Shown: positions 11,536 through 23,602, numbered from the stretch's first letter. The stretch: 64,000 nt of DNA from Malacoraja senta (GCA_038087875.1 CM075991.1:8000001-8064000), one strand, 5' to 3'. Notes: generated from the sequence alone by a model not told the origin. A program made the numbers and translations.

Positions 11536-11698
11536 GCATCCATGCCAACCGAAATGCCCATCTAAGCTCGTCCCCATTTGCCCACGTTTGCGCCAAATCC
11601 CTCTTAAACCTTCCCCTATCCATGAGATTGTCAAGAGTCTTTTAATTATCATATGTACCCAAGATGGAACAATGAAATTCTTACGAGCAGCAGAGTTA

Positions 11699-12205
11699 AG
11701 GGGCTGGCCCACTTGGGCAACCTAATTGGCGAGTTTAGGAGAGTTTAGGAGAGTTTGAAAAAATGACATGTTAAAGACCTCCTTCGACTATTTTGAAGAC
11801 CAGCTTTGACTAGCTTTGGGAAAATTGGACACCGAATAGTGGAGAGTGAAGACGACCTCCTTCGATCTCCTTCGACCTCCCTTCGACTATGATGAAGACT
11901 ATCTTCGACTACCTTCGACTACCCTTGACTACCTACGACTAACATGCCGACCTACTATGACTAAACCTACAAGTAAAAAAAGTATCGATTTTTTCCATGG
12001 CGTCCTTTTTCCATGGCGGGCATTTTTCAACATGTTGCAAAATACGCCGCGACCTAGTTGAGGCCTCGAGTGCACGGGGACAACGCTTGAGTATGAAGGA
12101 GAGTTACAAAAACCTCCTACGACCTCGTGTCGACCATGCTGCGAGTATGTCGAGGGCAAACTCGCCAGAACTAGCGGATTAGGTCGCCCAAGTGGGACAG
12201 GCCCT
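11699..12205. mobile_element. Harbinger-like MITE family A, copy 1
   Basis: TIRs AGGGGCTGGCCCACTTGGGCAACCTAAT / ATTAGGTCGCCCAAGTGGGACAGGCCCT; no ORF. Confidence 0.8.
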
Positions 12206-12309
12206 CAAAAGGCCTGTAAATACAGTGTGTAAAGATAAAGTAATAAGCAAACAAAAAATCAATAATTTAAGGAGATAAGGAGGCAGATGGCACCTCGATA
12301 TAATATGGA

Positions 12310-12858
12310 CGATACGATACAATACGATAGAATAGGAGGGAATTTGGTCAGCCACAGTCATAAAACACAAAATACACAAAACATTATATTAAAGTGATGA
12401 GTGGAAAGGACTGGGGATGTGCAAAGATTGGGGGGGGGGCAGTCTATCTACCCCACAACAGAAGGGGGAGGAGTTGTACAGTTTAATAGCCACAGGGAAG
12501 AAGTATCTCCTGTGGCGTTCTGTCCTGCATCTTGGTGGGACCAGTCTGTTGCTGAAGGTGCTCCTCAGGATGACCTGTTTATCACGGAGGGGGTGAGCTG
12601 CATGGTCCAAGATGCTCCGCAGTTTGAGGAGCTTCCTCCCCTCCACCTCCCGTGAATCCAACTCCGCTCCCAGGACGGAGCCAGCCTTCCCGATGAGCTT
12701 GTTAATTCTGTTGGCGTCCGCGGCCTTCGCCCTGCTGCCCCAGCGCACGACGGCGAAGCAGATGGCAGCGGCCACCACCGATTGGTAGAAGATCTGCAGC
12801 ATCTTCCTGCAGACATTGGAAGGAGCGAGCCTCCTCAGGAAGTACAGGCGGCTTTTGG
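12310..12858 (-). mobile_element. Rex1/Babar-like LINE RT C-terminal fragment
   Basis: SRLYFLRRL..MLQIFYQSVV..WGS..INKLIGKAGSVLG..HPL..RCRTERHRRYFFPVAIKLYNSS; (TATCG)n-like tail near 12310-12330. Confidence 0.8.
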
Positions 12859-12935
12859 TACATTCACCAGCATCTGCAGTTTTTGTGTTTCTACTCGCTG
12901 TCAGCCAAGCAGCAGCACGTTTGGGCCCATTGTTA

Positions 12936-13420
12936 CGGGCCTGTCCCACTTGGCCGTCATTCGCGCGCCATTTACGCGGCCTCCAAAAATGTGGTCGTCG
13001 CGTTGTGATGCACGGGTAGCGTGTGGGTAGCGTGCGACGGGCGCATGGAGAGGCGTGGAGGAGTGTGGTTGCGCGTGGTATCGTGCGGCGCTCCAGGATT
13101 TCATGCTGCACGAAATCCTCGTGCGCCACCTGCGTGATGTATCGCGTACGCACGCTGGCGCATTGGGTACACACGCTGACGCATTGGCGTCGCACGCTGG
13201 CATCCCGACGTCTCACGTGTATCGCGTGGTGACGCATGGTTACGTCACCGTGCGTAACTATGCGTCGCCGCGTGTCGCAGGGTGTTCTAATGACGTCACG
13301 CGCACCAGACGGCAAGATGACGCGTGATTTGCGCGCGATGTCGCGCGTAACGATGCGTCGACCTATTTTACATTTGACGCGTAAATGAGGCGCAAATGAC
13401 AGCCAAGTGGGACAGGCCCT
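12936..13420. mobile_element. Harbinger-like MITE family C, extremely CpG-rich
   Basis: TTA|CGGGCCTGTCCCACTTGGCCGTCATT..AATGACAGCCAAGTGGGACAGGCCCT|TTA; matching 3-bp TSD. Confidence 0.85.
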
Positions 13421-14109
13421 TTACCCTTCTGACTCAAAACCCCCTGTTGCTACGACTTTGAACTAAAGTGCCTCATGACCCAGTCCACAAACAATGAGCA
13501 TCTTACAGCAGACGTTGAAAGAGCTGAGCCTCCACGGAAAGTAGAGACGGCTTTTGGTACATTAACCAAATAGCCTGCAGCGACTACAAGGCTATAAGAA
13601 TGTTCGATTTGTGTTGCAAATGAGACAACTTCCAGCTCACGATCTAATTTGAGGGGATCGTTGTGCTGCGTTCACTCAGTGTGTACACGGCATTCAGTAG
13701 CTTCATTAGCGAGTCTGCAGAGTTTACAGGAGGATTCCTTGTGTGAATCATCACTAACGTACATAATTATCCTTCTGCCAGGGAAGGCAAGACAGCAGGT
13801 ATCACAGTCAATCCACTAATAACCCGCCCCCCCCTCCGTCCCCGTTCCCACACTGGCTTTTCTGTCCTGGGCATCTTCCACTGTAGGCAGCGACTCTACC
13901 GCTGCGCCACTATGTCCTGCGGTTTTCAAGACCGTATGGGGTATTGCTTTCCTTCAAGTAAATGCCAAGGCCGTCAGCAGTAGAGCTGCTTCCTTACAGC
14001 ACCAGAGACCCGGGTTCAATCCTAACAATGGGTCCTGTCTGTACGGAGTTTATACGCTCTCCCCGTGACCCTCGTGCATTTTCTCCGACATCCAAAGACA
14101 ATAGACAAT

Positions 14110-14238
14110 AGGTACACAAAAATGCTGGAGAAACTCAGCGGGTGCAGCAGCATCTATAGATGCTGCTGCACCCGCTGAGTTTCTCCAGCATTTTTGTGTA
14201 CCTTCGATTTTCCAGCATCTGCAGTTCCTTCTTTAACA
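14110..14238. mobile_element. Penelope pLTR-derived insertion containing a 94-bp perfect palindrome (14110-14203)
   Basis: 47-bp arms centred on CATCTA|TAGATG; inserted in a CR1 (CAATAGA)n tail, itself inside a V-SINE (13972-14572). Confidence 0.8.
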
Positions 14239-14441
14239 CAATAGACAATAGGTGCAGGAGTAGGACATTCGACCCTTCGAGCCAGCACCGCCATTCAATA
14301 TGATCATGGCTGATCATCCACAATCAGTACCCTGTTCCTGTCTTTTCCCCATATCCCCTGACTCCGCTATCTTTAAGAGCTCTATCAAAATCTCTCTTGA
14401 AAGCATCCAGGGAATTGGCCTCCACTGCCTTCTGAGGCAGA
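14239..14441 (-). mobile_element. CR1 LINE 3' fragment
   Basis: LPQKAVEANSLDAFKRDFDRALKDSGVRGYGEK. Confidence 0.85.
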
Positions 14442-15537
14442 TTGGTAGGTAATTGACTTGGTATAAAATGTAAATTGCCCGTAGTCTGTGTGTAGAATAG
14501 TATTAATGTACGGGGATTGCTGGTCGGTGCAGACTCGCTGTTTCCGCGCTGTATCTCTAAAACTAAACCTAAAGTAGGATTGTATTTGTCTTTTGCACAC
14601 TTCTGCCATCTCCTCTTGCTCAAGGTCATTAATGAAGACGCCACGCAGAGTCTTTCCTGTAACTGATCCGCAAGTACTCAAATATTCACCTCATTCCTCT
14701 CCAAGCGGTTTTCATTAGAAGCCACTCATTGCTTTCGACTTTCTAATCCTTTATCTATCTAATTTGACACATCCCCTGTAAAGCCATGTACTCTTATCGC
14801 CACAAAACTTTCCACTCCTGATTAAGGAGACTCTGGCTTTCCTCCCTCCATGAAATTGCCTTTACCAGTGAATTAATGGATTCAGTTGTAGATTTATCCT
14901 TCCCCCCCCGCACCTGGCCAGATTTCTCAGCGCATATCCCGCTGATAGTATTTACTGGTTGCTTCCTCTTGCTGCCAGGTTCTGTCACATTTTATTTCGT
15001 TCTAAAGCAGTGTACCAGCTTCAAAGTCAACGGCAGAGATGGTCAAATTCTTGATTCGAACAGGGTGTCGAGGGTTATGGGGAGAAGGTAGGGAAATGGG
15101 ATTAGGAGGCAGAGATCGGCCAGTATTGACTCAATGGGCCGAATGGCCTAATTCTACTCCTACAACCTGCGAACTTGTGAAAATCGGCTTGTTGAGTCTC
15201 AGAGTCTTTAATTTATTTTCACCTAGACCACAGCTAACAATGTCCTCTCACCTTCATCATCGCTACTTTTTTGCATATCGTTCATTCATGTGTTCTGTAC
15301 CTCTCTATATCACCGTCTATATCTCTCATTTCACTTTCCTCCTGACTCTCAGTCTGAAGAAAGGTCTCGACCCGAAATGTCACCAATTCCTTTTCTCCAG
15401 ACGATGCTGTCTGACCCATTGAGTTACACTATCTTACGGTTTAAACCAGCATCTGCAGTTCTTTCCTACATACTCCTAGCTGCCAAGTGTGTGTGTCCTT
15501 ATTTCACCATCGGAATACGTTCCCAGCCTTTCAGAGC

Positions 15538-16330
15538 TTTCAGATTCAGATTCAGATTCAGAAAACTTTATTGTCTGTGGTAACAGAAAATCTTCTTTGG
15601 CGTGGCTCAACATACAAACAGGACAATGTACTGATAAGCAGTCATACAACACAGATTTCTGCGAGCACACACCGTGTGTATAGATCTTAAAAGCAAGTAT
15701 AAGGATTAAAAACTGTAAGAATAGACAAGATGAAAGTTGTGGATACGTGTAAAGTGACAGTGCGTCAGGGTTAATTTGTCCATTGTTCATTTTTTATTTA
15801 AGCTGTTTATGGCAATGGGTATGAATGAGTTTTTGTGGATGTTTTTCTTAGATAGGGGGACTTTATATCGGCGGCCTGATGGCAGAAGTTGGAAGGACTT
15901 GTGCAGGGGATGGGTGGGATCCTGTGTAATGAGTGTTAAAGAAGGAACTGCAGATGCTGGAAAATCGAAGGTACACAAAAATGCTGGAGAAACTCAGCGG
16001 GTGCAGCAGCATCTATGGAGCGAAGGAAATAGGCAACGTTTCGGCCCGAAACGTTGCCTATTTCCTTCGCTCCATAGATGCTGCTGCACCCGCTGAGTTT
16101 CTCCAGCATTTTTGTGTACCTCCTGTGTAATGAGGTTGGCTTTCCTTTTAACTGCCTGGGTGTGAAGTACTGATAATTGATTTTGAGTTTTGCCAGTTAT
16201 TTTGCTTGCTTGATTGATGATCCGGGAAAGCTTTGATTTGTCTTTGACAGAGGTGAGGGTGAACCAGGATGTGATGTTAAAGGTGAGTTAAAGATTCTTC
16301 AGGCTAACAATCCCTTGATCTTCTTTTACC
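15538..16330 (-). mobile_element. Rex1/Babar-like LINE 3' fragment, split by a Penelope fold-back
   Basis: ITQDPTHPLHKSFQLLPSGRRYKVPLSKKNIHKNSFIPIAINSLN; (TCTGAA)n tail at 15538-15562. Confidence 0.75.
15934..16120. mobile_element. 187-bp Penelope pLTR-derived fold-back insertion with 14-bp TSD
   Basis: 75-bp perfect inverted arms 15970-16044 / 16046-16120; TCCTGTGTAATGAG at 15920-15933 and 16121-16134. Confidence 0.85.
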
Positions 16331-16392
16331 CGAGGTGCATCATTTACAAGAGCTACTTCCTCTGGATCAACCCCCTTCTGGCTGTAACTGGA

Positions 16393-17050
16393 GTGTTGAG
16401 GCTCTATAAGGCGCATTTGGAATATTGTGAGCAAATTTTGGGCACCATATCTGAGGAAGGATGTGCTGGCTCCGGAGAGGGTCCAGAGGAGGTTTACAAG
16501 AATGATCCCAGGAATGAATGGATTAACATATGATGAGCGTTTGCCTGTACTCGCTAGAGTTTAGAAGAATGAGGGGAAACCTGATTGAAACATACAGAAG
16601 AGTGAAAGGCTTGGATAGAGTGGATGTGGAGAGGATGTTTCCACTAGTGGGAGAGTCAAGGACTAGAGGTCATAGCCTCAAAATTAAAGGACGTTCTTTT
16701 AGGAAGGAGATGAGGAGAATTTTCTTTAGTCAGAGGGTGGTGAATCTGTGGAATTCTTTGTCACAGACGGCTGTGGAGGCCAAGTCAGTGGATATTTTTA
16801 ATGCAGAGATAGATAAATTCTTGATTAGTACGGGTGTCAGAGGTTATGAGATTAGAGAGAGATTCCTTTATTTGTCATTCAGACCTTTCGGTCTGAACGA
16901 AATTTCGTTGCCTGCAGTCATACATATAATAATAAATGACAAAACACACAATAAACACAAATTAACATCCACCACAGTGAGTTCACCAGGCACCTCCTCA
17001 CTGTGATGGAGGCAAAAGTCTTAAAGTGGGGAGAAGGCAGGAGAATGGAG
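16393..17050 (+). mobile_element. CR1 LINE 3' fragment
   Basis: LYSLEFRRMRGNLIETYRRVKGLDRVDVERMFPLVGESRTRGHSLKIKG. Confidence 0.9.
16850..17026 (-). mobile_element. 5'-truncated copy of the 597-1350 retroposon tail inserted in CR1
   Basis: Near-identical reverse complement of ~1169-1340; splits GGTTATG|GGGAGAAGG of CR1. Confidence 0.85.
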
Positions 17051-17950
17051 GTAGGAGTTTGGCATCTGCAGTTCCTTCCTACACAAGCACCTCTGGAGGA
17101 CATGGATCGGTGATGTTTCAGGTCGAGGCGATCTCCTCCATCCCCGGTAATCCCCGGAGATCTCTGTGCTCCAGTCTCCCCCTCATCTCCAAAGTTAATC
17201 TTAAATGTTGGCAGCCATGCCTCAGGCTGCCAAAACTCTGTAGAAATCCTTCAGTAAACTCCTGTGCCTCTTTAAAGCTGTGACCCCCTCTCTCTCTGGC
17301 TCAGCATCAGTTTCTTCCTTGAAAACGCTCCCTGTGGTGGTGCTTTAAGAAGTTCTGGCTGCATTGAAGGCCCAATATAAACAGAAGTTATATTTCTGTA
17401 TCGGCACCAATTAGCCCGTGCCCACTGAGGCAGCCTTTGTCAAGTAGATACAAATGTTTTTGGAGGCCTCCACTCCCTAAAATGAAAATGAAAATCTCTC
17501 CTTTGCCCTTAAGGAAGCAGCAAGCAACATTAATTAAGGGATTGAACTTCTACTTTCTAATCAATAGACCATCCACCATCACTGGAACAAGGCTTGTACT
17601 CAGTGTAACAGAAAATGCTCAGAGGCACCAGTACAGTGCTTGTTTAATCTTCCAGAGATCGAGGGTTCAATCAAATTGTTTGTCAGTAAATCAAACTGAG
17701 AGGACCATAAGGGAGGCAGAGAGCCACAGTGCTTCCTCACAGCTCCATCGACCCGAGTTCGATCCTGACCTCCGGTGCTGTCTCTGTGGAGTTTCCACAC
17801 TGTGCCTATGATTTATTGGGTTTCGTCTGAGTGCACCAGTTTCCACCCACGTCCCAAGGAAGTGTGGGCTGGTGGGTTGGTTGTCCACTGAAAATTGCCT
17901 CTCATCTCCAGATGAGTGGTGAAATCTTGGAGTTATTGAGAGGAGGTTTA

Positions 17951-18269
17951 AAGCCCTGTCCCACGGTACGAGTTCATTCCAAGAGCTCTCCCGCGTTTGC
18001 CCTGATTCGAACTCGGAGATTTACGGTAATGGCCGCTCGTCGGTACTCGGGGCTCTCGTGGACATTTTTCATCATGTTGAAAAATCTTCACGAGTCTTCC
18101 CGTGTTTACCTGCCGTTAGAGAGTCTTCCCGAGTACCTGCCGTTAGCGCTAAGAGACGTCCCCGAGCTCCGACGTACCGCTACGTTCATTCTCCGTGCTT
18201 ACCACGAGTTTGATTTTTTTTAAACTCGGGAGAGCGTTTGGAATGAACTCGTACAGTGGGACAGGGCTT
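17951..18269. mobile_element. Harbinger-like MITE family B, copy 1
   Basis: TIR AAGCCCTGTCCCACGGTACGAGTTCATTCCAA..; flanks TTA / TAA. Confidence 0.8.
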
Positions 18270-18271
18270 TA

Positions 18272-18540
18272 AGTTTAGTTTGCAGATACAGCGTGGAAAC
18301 AGGCCCTTCGGCCCACCGAGTCCGCACCGACAACGTGTACATTGACACTATCTTACACACGAGGGACGATTTACAATTTTTACCGAAGCTAATTGACCTA
18401 CAAACTTGCACGTCTTTGGAATGTGGGAGGAAACCGGAGCACCAGGAGAAAACCCACACGGTCACAGGGAGAACGTACAAACTTCATACAGACAGCATCT
18501 GAAGTCAGGATCGAACCTGGGTCTCCGGTGCTGTAAGGCC
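18272..18540 (-). mobile_element. V-SINE
   Basis: Tail, V-domain and head motifs on minus. Confidence 0.85.
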
Positions 18541-18921
18541 TCAAATCTACTGCCTGACAGTATTCTTAAGTTCATAAGTCATAGGGGCAGAATTTGGCCG
18601 TTCAGCCCATCAAGTCTACACTGCCATTCAAGGAGCAGACTCAATGGGCCGAATGGCCTAATTCTGCTCCTATATCTTGCGGTCTTATGGCAGATTTTGT
18701 TCCACAGAACATAGAACAGTACAGCACAGGAACAGGCCCTTCAGCCCACAATGTCCATACCTAACAAGATGCCAAATTAAACTAATCTTCTCTGCCTACA
18801 CATGATCCATAGTCCTCCATTCTGTGCAGTTTCACAAAGGACATCGGTAACCCATCCCAGTTGCTATTATGCTGCTAGGATGTGATGAGAGGCTTATTAT
18901 AGCTAGGTTATTAAAACTATT

Positions 18922-19497
18922 AGTCACAGAGTGATACAGTGCGGAAACAGGCCCTTCAGCCCAACTTGCTCACACCGTCCAACATGCCCCATCTACACTT
19001 TTCTGTGTTTGCCCCATATTTCTCTAAACCTGTCCGATCCATGTACCTGTCAATATGTTTCTTAAATGTTGCCAGAGTACCTGCCTCAACTACCTCCTCG
19101 GGCAGCTCGTTCCCTGTACCCACCACCCTTTGTGTGAAAAAGTTATCCCACAGGTTCCTGTTAAATCTTTCCCCTCTCACCTTAAACCTATGTCCTCTGG
19201 TTCTCGATTCTCCTATTCTGAGCAAGAGACTCTGTGTCTCCCCGATCTATCATGGTTTTGAACACCTCTATAAAATCAGCCCTCATCTTCCAACGCTCTA
19301 AGGAATAGTCTTAGCCTGCTCAATCTCTCCCTATAGCTCAGCCCTCGAGTTCTGGCAACATCCTCATCAATCTTCTCCGCACCCTTTTCAGCTTGACGAC
19401 GTCTTTCCTATAACATGGTGCCCAGAACTGAATACAATACACTAAATGCAGCCTTACTAATGTCTTATATTACTTCGACGTGACCTCCCAACTTCTT
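18922..19497 (-). mobile_element. CR1 LINE 3' fragment
   Basis: ORF 18956-19225 GESRTRGHRFKVRGERFNRNLWDNFFTQRVV. Confidence 0.9.
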
Positions 19498-19714
19498 ACG
19501 CATTAGGAAAAAGTACACACATTACCTGTGGAGTGGGATTAACCACTACACCTGAAGATCTTCCAGGGTGGTGCGGTGAGGTACTAGATACATAAGTTCC
19601 TAAGTTAATAAGTTCTAGGAGAAAAATTAGACCATTCGGCCCATCAAGGCTACTCCTCCATTCGATCACGGCTGATCTATCTTTCCCTCTTTACCCCATT
19701 TCTCCTGCCTTTTC

Positions 19715-20400
19715 TTAGTTTAGTTTAGCTTAGAGACATGGAAACAGGCCCTTCGGCCCATCCAGTCCACGTGGACCAGCGATCTCATTTACACTACCCT
19801 ACACGCACAAAGGACAATTTTACATTTATACCAAGTCAATTAACCGACAAACCCGTACGTCTTTGGAGTGTGGGAGGAAACCGAAGATCTCGGGGGAAAC
19901 CCACGCAGGTTAAGGTTAGATTGTTAAGGGCTTGGACACGCTAGAGGCAGGAAACATGTTCCCGATATTGGGGGAGTCCAGAACCAGGGGCCACAGTTTA
20001 AGAATAAGGGGTAAGCCATTTAGAACGGAGACGAGGAAACACGTTTTCTCACAGAGAGTGGTGAGTCTGTGGAATTCTCTGCCTCAGAGGGCGGTGGAGG
20101 CAGGATCTCTGGATGCTTGCGTAAGAGATCTAGATAGGGCTCTTAAAAATAGCGGAGTCAGGGGATATGGGGAGAGGCAGGAACGGGGTCCTGATTGGGG
20201 ATGATCAGCCATGATCACATTGAATGGCGGTGCTGGCTCGAAGGGCCAAATGGCCTACTCCTGCACCTATTGTCTATTGTCTATTGTCTATTGTCTAAAA
20301 CATACAAACTCCGTACAGACAGCACCCGTAGTCGGGATCGAACCCGGGTCTGAGGCGCCGTAAGATGGCAGCTCTGCCGCTGCGCCACCCTGCCACCCTT
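19715..20400 (-). mobile_element. V-SINE interrupted by a CR1 fragment (19912-20296, +)
   Basis: SINE halves flank CR1 ORF 19932-20204 and its (CTATTGT)n tail. Confidence 0.85.
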
Positions 20401-20777
20401 GCAACTTTTCTGTTCACAACTTCCACATGGGGCAATGCGACTCGGCCAAGCATTTAATTCTCAGTCAGTAAGTAACCCTCTTCTTTCAGGGTTTCTGAGG
20501 CAGCAAAACAACAGCTTATAAATTCCGATCACCTTTGGAGATACAAAACGGGATTGCACAAAACAGCCCATTACATTTAATTGACTGCTCTGGCGGAGCA
20601 GATAATTATTCAGTCCCAACATGAAATGAATGGAGTTGAAACAATCGCAGCGATTCAGCTTCGAGGAACCTCAGATACAATCGGCGAGATTCAATGCAAC
20701 TCGGAAAATAATTAAATGACCAGAGGTTTTCAGCCTGAAGTCGAGCTTCATTCAGTCAAACCACAAAGACCCTATCA

Positions 20778-20810
20778 GTCTGAAGAAGGGTCTCGACCCG
20801 AAACGTCACC
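20778..20810 (+). ncRNA. Minimal type-I hammerhead ribozyme motif in a Penelope pLTR (representative copy)
   Basis: CTGAAGA (20780-86), extra A, stem II GGGT/ACCC, GAAAC (20800-04), GTC (20805-07). Stems I and III are very short; activity not shown. Confidence 0.6.
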
Positions 20811-21211
20811 CATTCCTTCTCTCCAGAGATGCTGCCTGTCCCGCTGAGTTACTCCAGCATTTTGTGTCTAACGCCCCCCCCCCCCCCCCCTGGTTAACAC
20901 GCTATCACAGGTTTCCGACTCCATTAGAATAATTGCAGGTCTGGATTCAGACCGTACAAAGTGCTGGAGTAATTCAGCGGGTCAGGCAGCATCTCTGGAG
21001 AAAAAGGATGGCTGACCTTCTGAAGAAGGGTCCCGAACCGAAACGTCACCCATCCTTTTTCGGCACGAGATGGCTGCCTGACCCACTGAGTTACTCCAGC
21101 ACTTTGTGTCTACCTTCGGTATAAACCAGCATCTGCAGTTCCTTTCTATACACACCCATACACGTCCGCACCGATATTTCTGCTCCTCATCAACCTTCCC
21201 CTACCTGATTT

Positions 21212-21520
21212 CATTTAGTTGAGAGAAACAGCATGGAAACATGTCCTTCGGCCCACCAAGTCCACGCTGACCATCGATCACCCATTCACACCAGTTCTAT
21301 GCCATCCACTCGCTACAAACTAGGGGCAAATGACAGAGGCCAATTAATCAACAAACCCGCACATCTTTGGCACGTGGGAGGAAACCGGAGCACCCAGAGG
21401 AAAGCCATGAAGTCACAGGGAGGACATACAAACTCCACACAGACAGCACCCAAGGTCAGGATCGAACCTGGGTCTCTGGCGCTGTGAGGCAGCAGCTCCA
21501 CCAGGTGTGCCACTGTGCCC
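21212..21520 (-). mobile_element. V-SINE
   Basis: Full head-to-tail motifs. Confidence 0.85.
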
Positions 21521-22371
21521 CATAACTTCCCCCTATCCTTTGCTCCCTTGTGTGGTCGGATAGTTTCCCAACAGAGAGGAGAACAACATAAAAACATGGG
21601 TTCCACGAGAAGAACGCAGAGTGCTGGAGTTACTCAGTTGGTCAGGCAGCTTCTGTGGAAGGAATGGGCGGATGATGTTTCGGGTCCGCAGGCTAAAAAA
21701 GGAAGTTCCCATTGCTCTCCTTCCGTGATTCCTGCTGCTCTCCTGCTCTTTAACGATGTTCTGAGGCAGACTAGCTGAAAAAATGGAATCGGCCTGAGGA
21801 AGGGTCCCGACCCAAAACGTCACCGGCCCATTCCCTCCACAAATGCTGCCTGAGTCACTGAGTTCCCCCAGCACTCAGTGTGTTGTTGAAGATGCCAGCA
21901 TCTTTGATTCCTTGTGTCTCCTGGTGAGTTGCATTACTGAAAGCACAGTGGGCAATTTTCCTCTCCGCAGTGTTACCTCTGTTGCTGCTCATTAAGTGTT
22001 GAATTACTGAACTGATGTCTATATTGCATTTCCTCAAACTTGATTGTCACCCATCCCAGCATTTCCTCCTATATTCGAAAATTGTTTTATCATTTTTTGT
22101 TTTAATATTGCAACAGTGCGGTATAATTGCTATTAGTAGCCCGTAACTGCCGACTTAGCTATTTCCTTTTTTACACCCTCAAAAATACACATGTCATGTA
22201 TCCGTTATGTACTGAACAAGCTGGGTGATTAAAGCATAGCAGCCCCAGCGAACGATGTGTCCTCCAGTTGAAATTAAAACTGCTGATGCTGGATATCTGA
22301 AATCAAAGCAGAAAAAGCTGGAAACTCAGTTGGTCAAAAAGCAGCTAGAGAAAGAGTTAACTTTGGATCAA

Positions 22372-22775
22372 AGGACAGTGGTGCTGCTGGTAGAGCTACT
22401 GCCCGGGCTCTATCCTGACCTTAAGGTTGCCGTAAGTGTGGAGTTTGCACGTTCTCCCTGTGACCGCGTGGGTTTCCTCCGGGCGCTCTGGCTTCCTTCC
22501 ACATCCCAAAAGACCTGCAGGTTTGTAGGTTACACAAAAATCCTGGAGAAACTCAGCGGGTGGCATGTGTACTTCGATTTTCCATCATCTGCAGTTCCTT
22601 CTTTAACACAAGGGTTTGTAGGTTAATTGGCTCTCTGTAAAATTGCCCCCAGTGTGTAGGGAGTGAATGTTGAAAGTGGGATGACACAGAACTAGTGTGA
22701 TCGGTGGTCGGTGTGGACTTGGTGGGCCGAAGGTGCTATTTCCATGCTGAATGTCCAAACTAACCAAACTAAACC
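22372..22775 (+). mobile_element. V-SINE with Penelope pLTR insertion (~22533-22611)
   Basis: GGTTTGTAGGTTA duplicated on both sides of the insert. Confidence 0.8.
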
Positions 22776-23175
22776 TTTCATCCAACTGGAAAACAAGTTT
22801 GTTCTAAGTTGAACAGAATGCAAACTGCTCGGGGAACTCAACGGGTCAGGCAGAATCTGTGAAGGGAAATAGACCGTCGGCATTTCGGGTAGTGGTCCTT
22901 CTTCAGACTCACCATCTACCTCCACACATGCTGTCTCACCTGTTGAGTTTGTTCAGCAGTTTGTTTTTGCTCAAGAGTCCAGCATCTGCAGTCTCTTGTG
23001 TCTCCATTTTAATTTTATGTTGTACACTCAGGGCAGAGTGACAAAAACTGAATGCAATATTCTCATTATTAGTTAGCTTAATATCTGTTGTTTGAAGATT
23101 ATTGAGGTTCATAATTAGCCCAGGATAACTGAGAACCATGTTGTATAAAATGGGGGAAGAGAGGAAAGCTATCGT

Positions 23176-23602
23176 GGGCAGCACGGTGGCGCAGCGGTAA
23201 AGTTGCTGCCTCACAGCGCCAGGGACCCAGGTTCGATCCTGACTACGGGTGCTGTCTGTACGGAGTTTGTACGTTCTCCCCGTGACCTGCGTGGGTTTTC
23301 TCCGAGATCTTCGGTTTCCTCCCACACTCCAAAGACGAACAGGTTTATAGGTTGACAAAAATGCTGGAGAAACTCAGCGGGTGAGGCAGCATCTATGGAG
23401 AGAAGGAAATAGGCAACTTTTCGGGCCGAAACCCTTCTTCAAACTGGTCAGCATCTGCATTTCCTTCTTAAACATGGCTTATAGGTTAATTAGCTTGGTA
23501 TGAATGTAAAATTGTCCCTCGTGTGTGTAGGATGGTGTTAATGTCCATGGTTTACTGATCGGCACCGGCTTGGTGGGCCTGTTTCTGTGCTGTATCTCTA
23601 AA
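23176..23602 (+). mobile_element. V-SINE with Penelope pLTR insertion (~23354-23475)
   Basis: Intact head GGGCAGCACGGTGGCGCAGCGGT..GGTTCGATCC; GGTTTATAGGTT / GGCTTATAGGTT duplication. Confidence 0.85.

Noticed and set aside
12389..13315. 308-aa ORF, the longest in the track
   Set aside because: Chance read-through of the CpG-rich MITE C fused to a Rex1-like RT remnant; not a gene.
17948..18272. TTAA-duplicating (Kolobok/piggyBac) assignment for the MITEs
   Set aside because: Fits two or three copies, but nested copies with known empty sites (29685, 33553, 26531) require a 3-bp TSD.
23176..23250. tRNA genes
   Set aside because: tRNA-like A/B boxes run straight into the V-domain and LINE tail; these are SINE heads.
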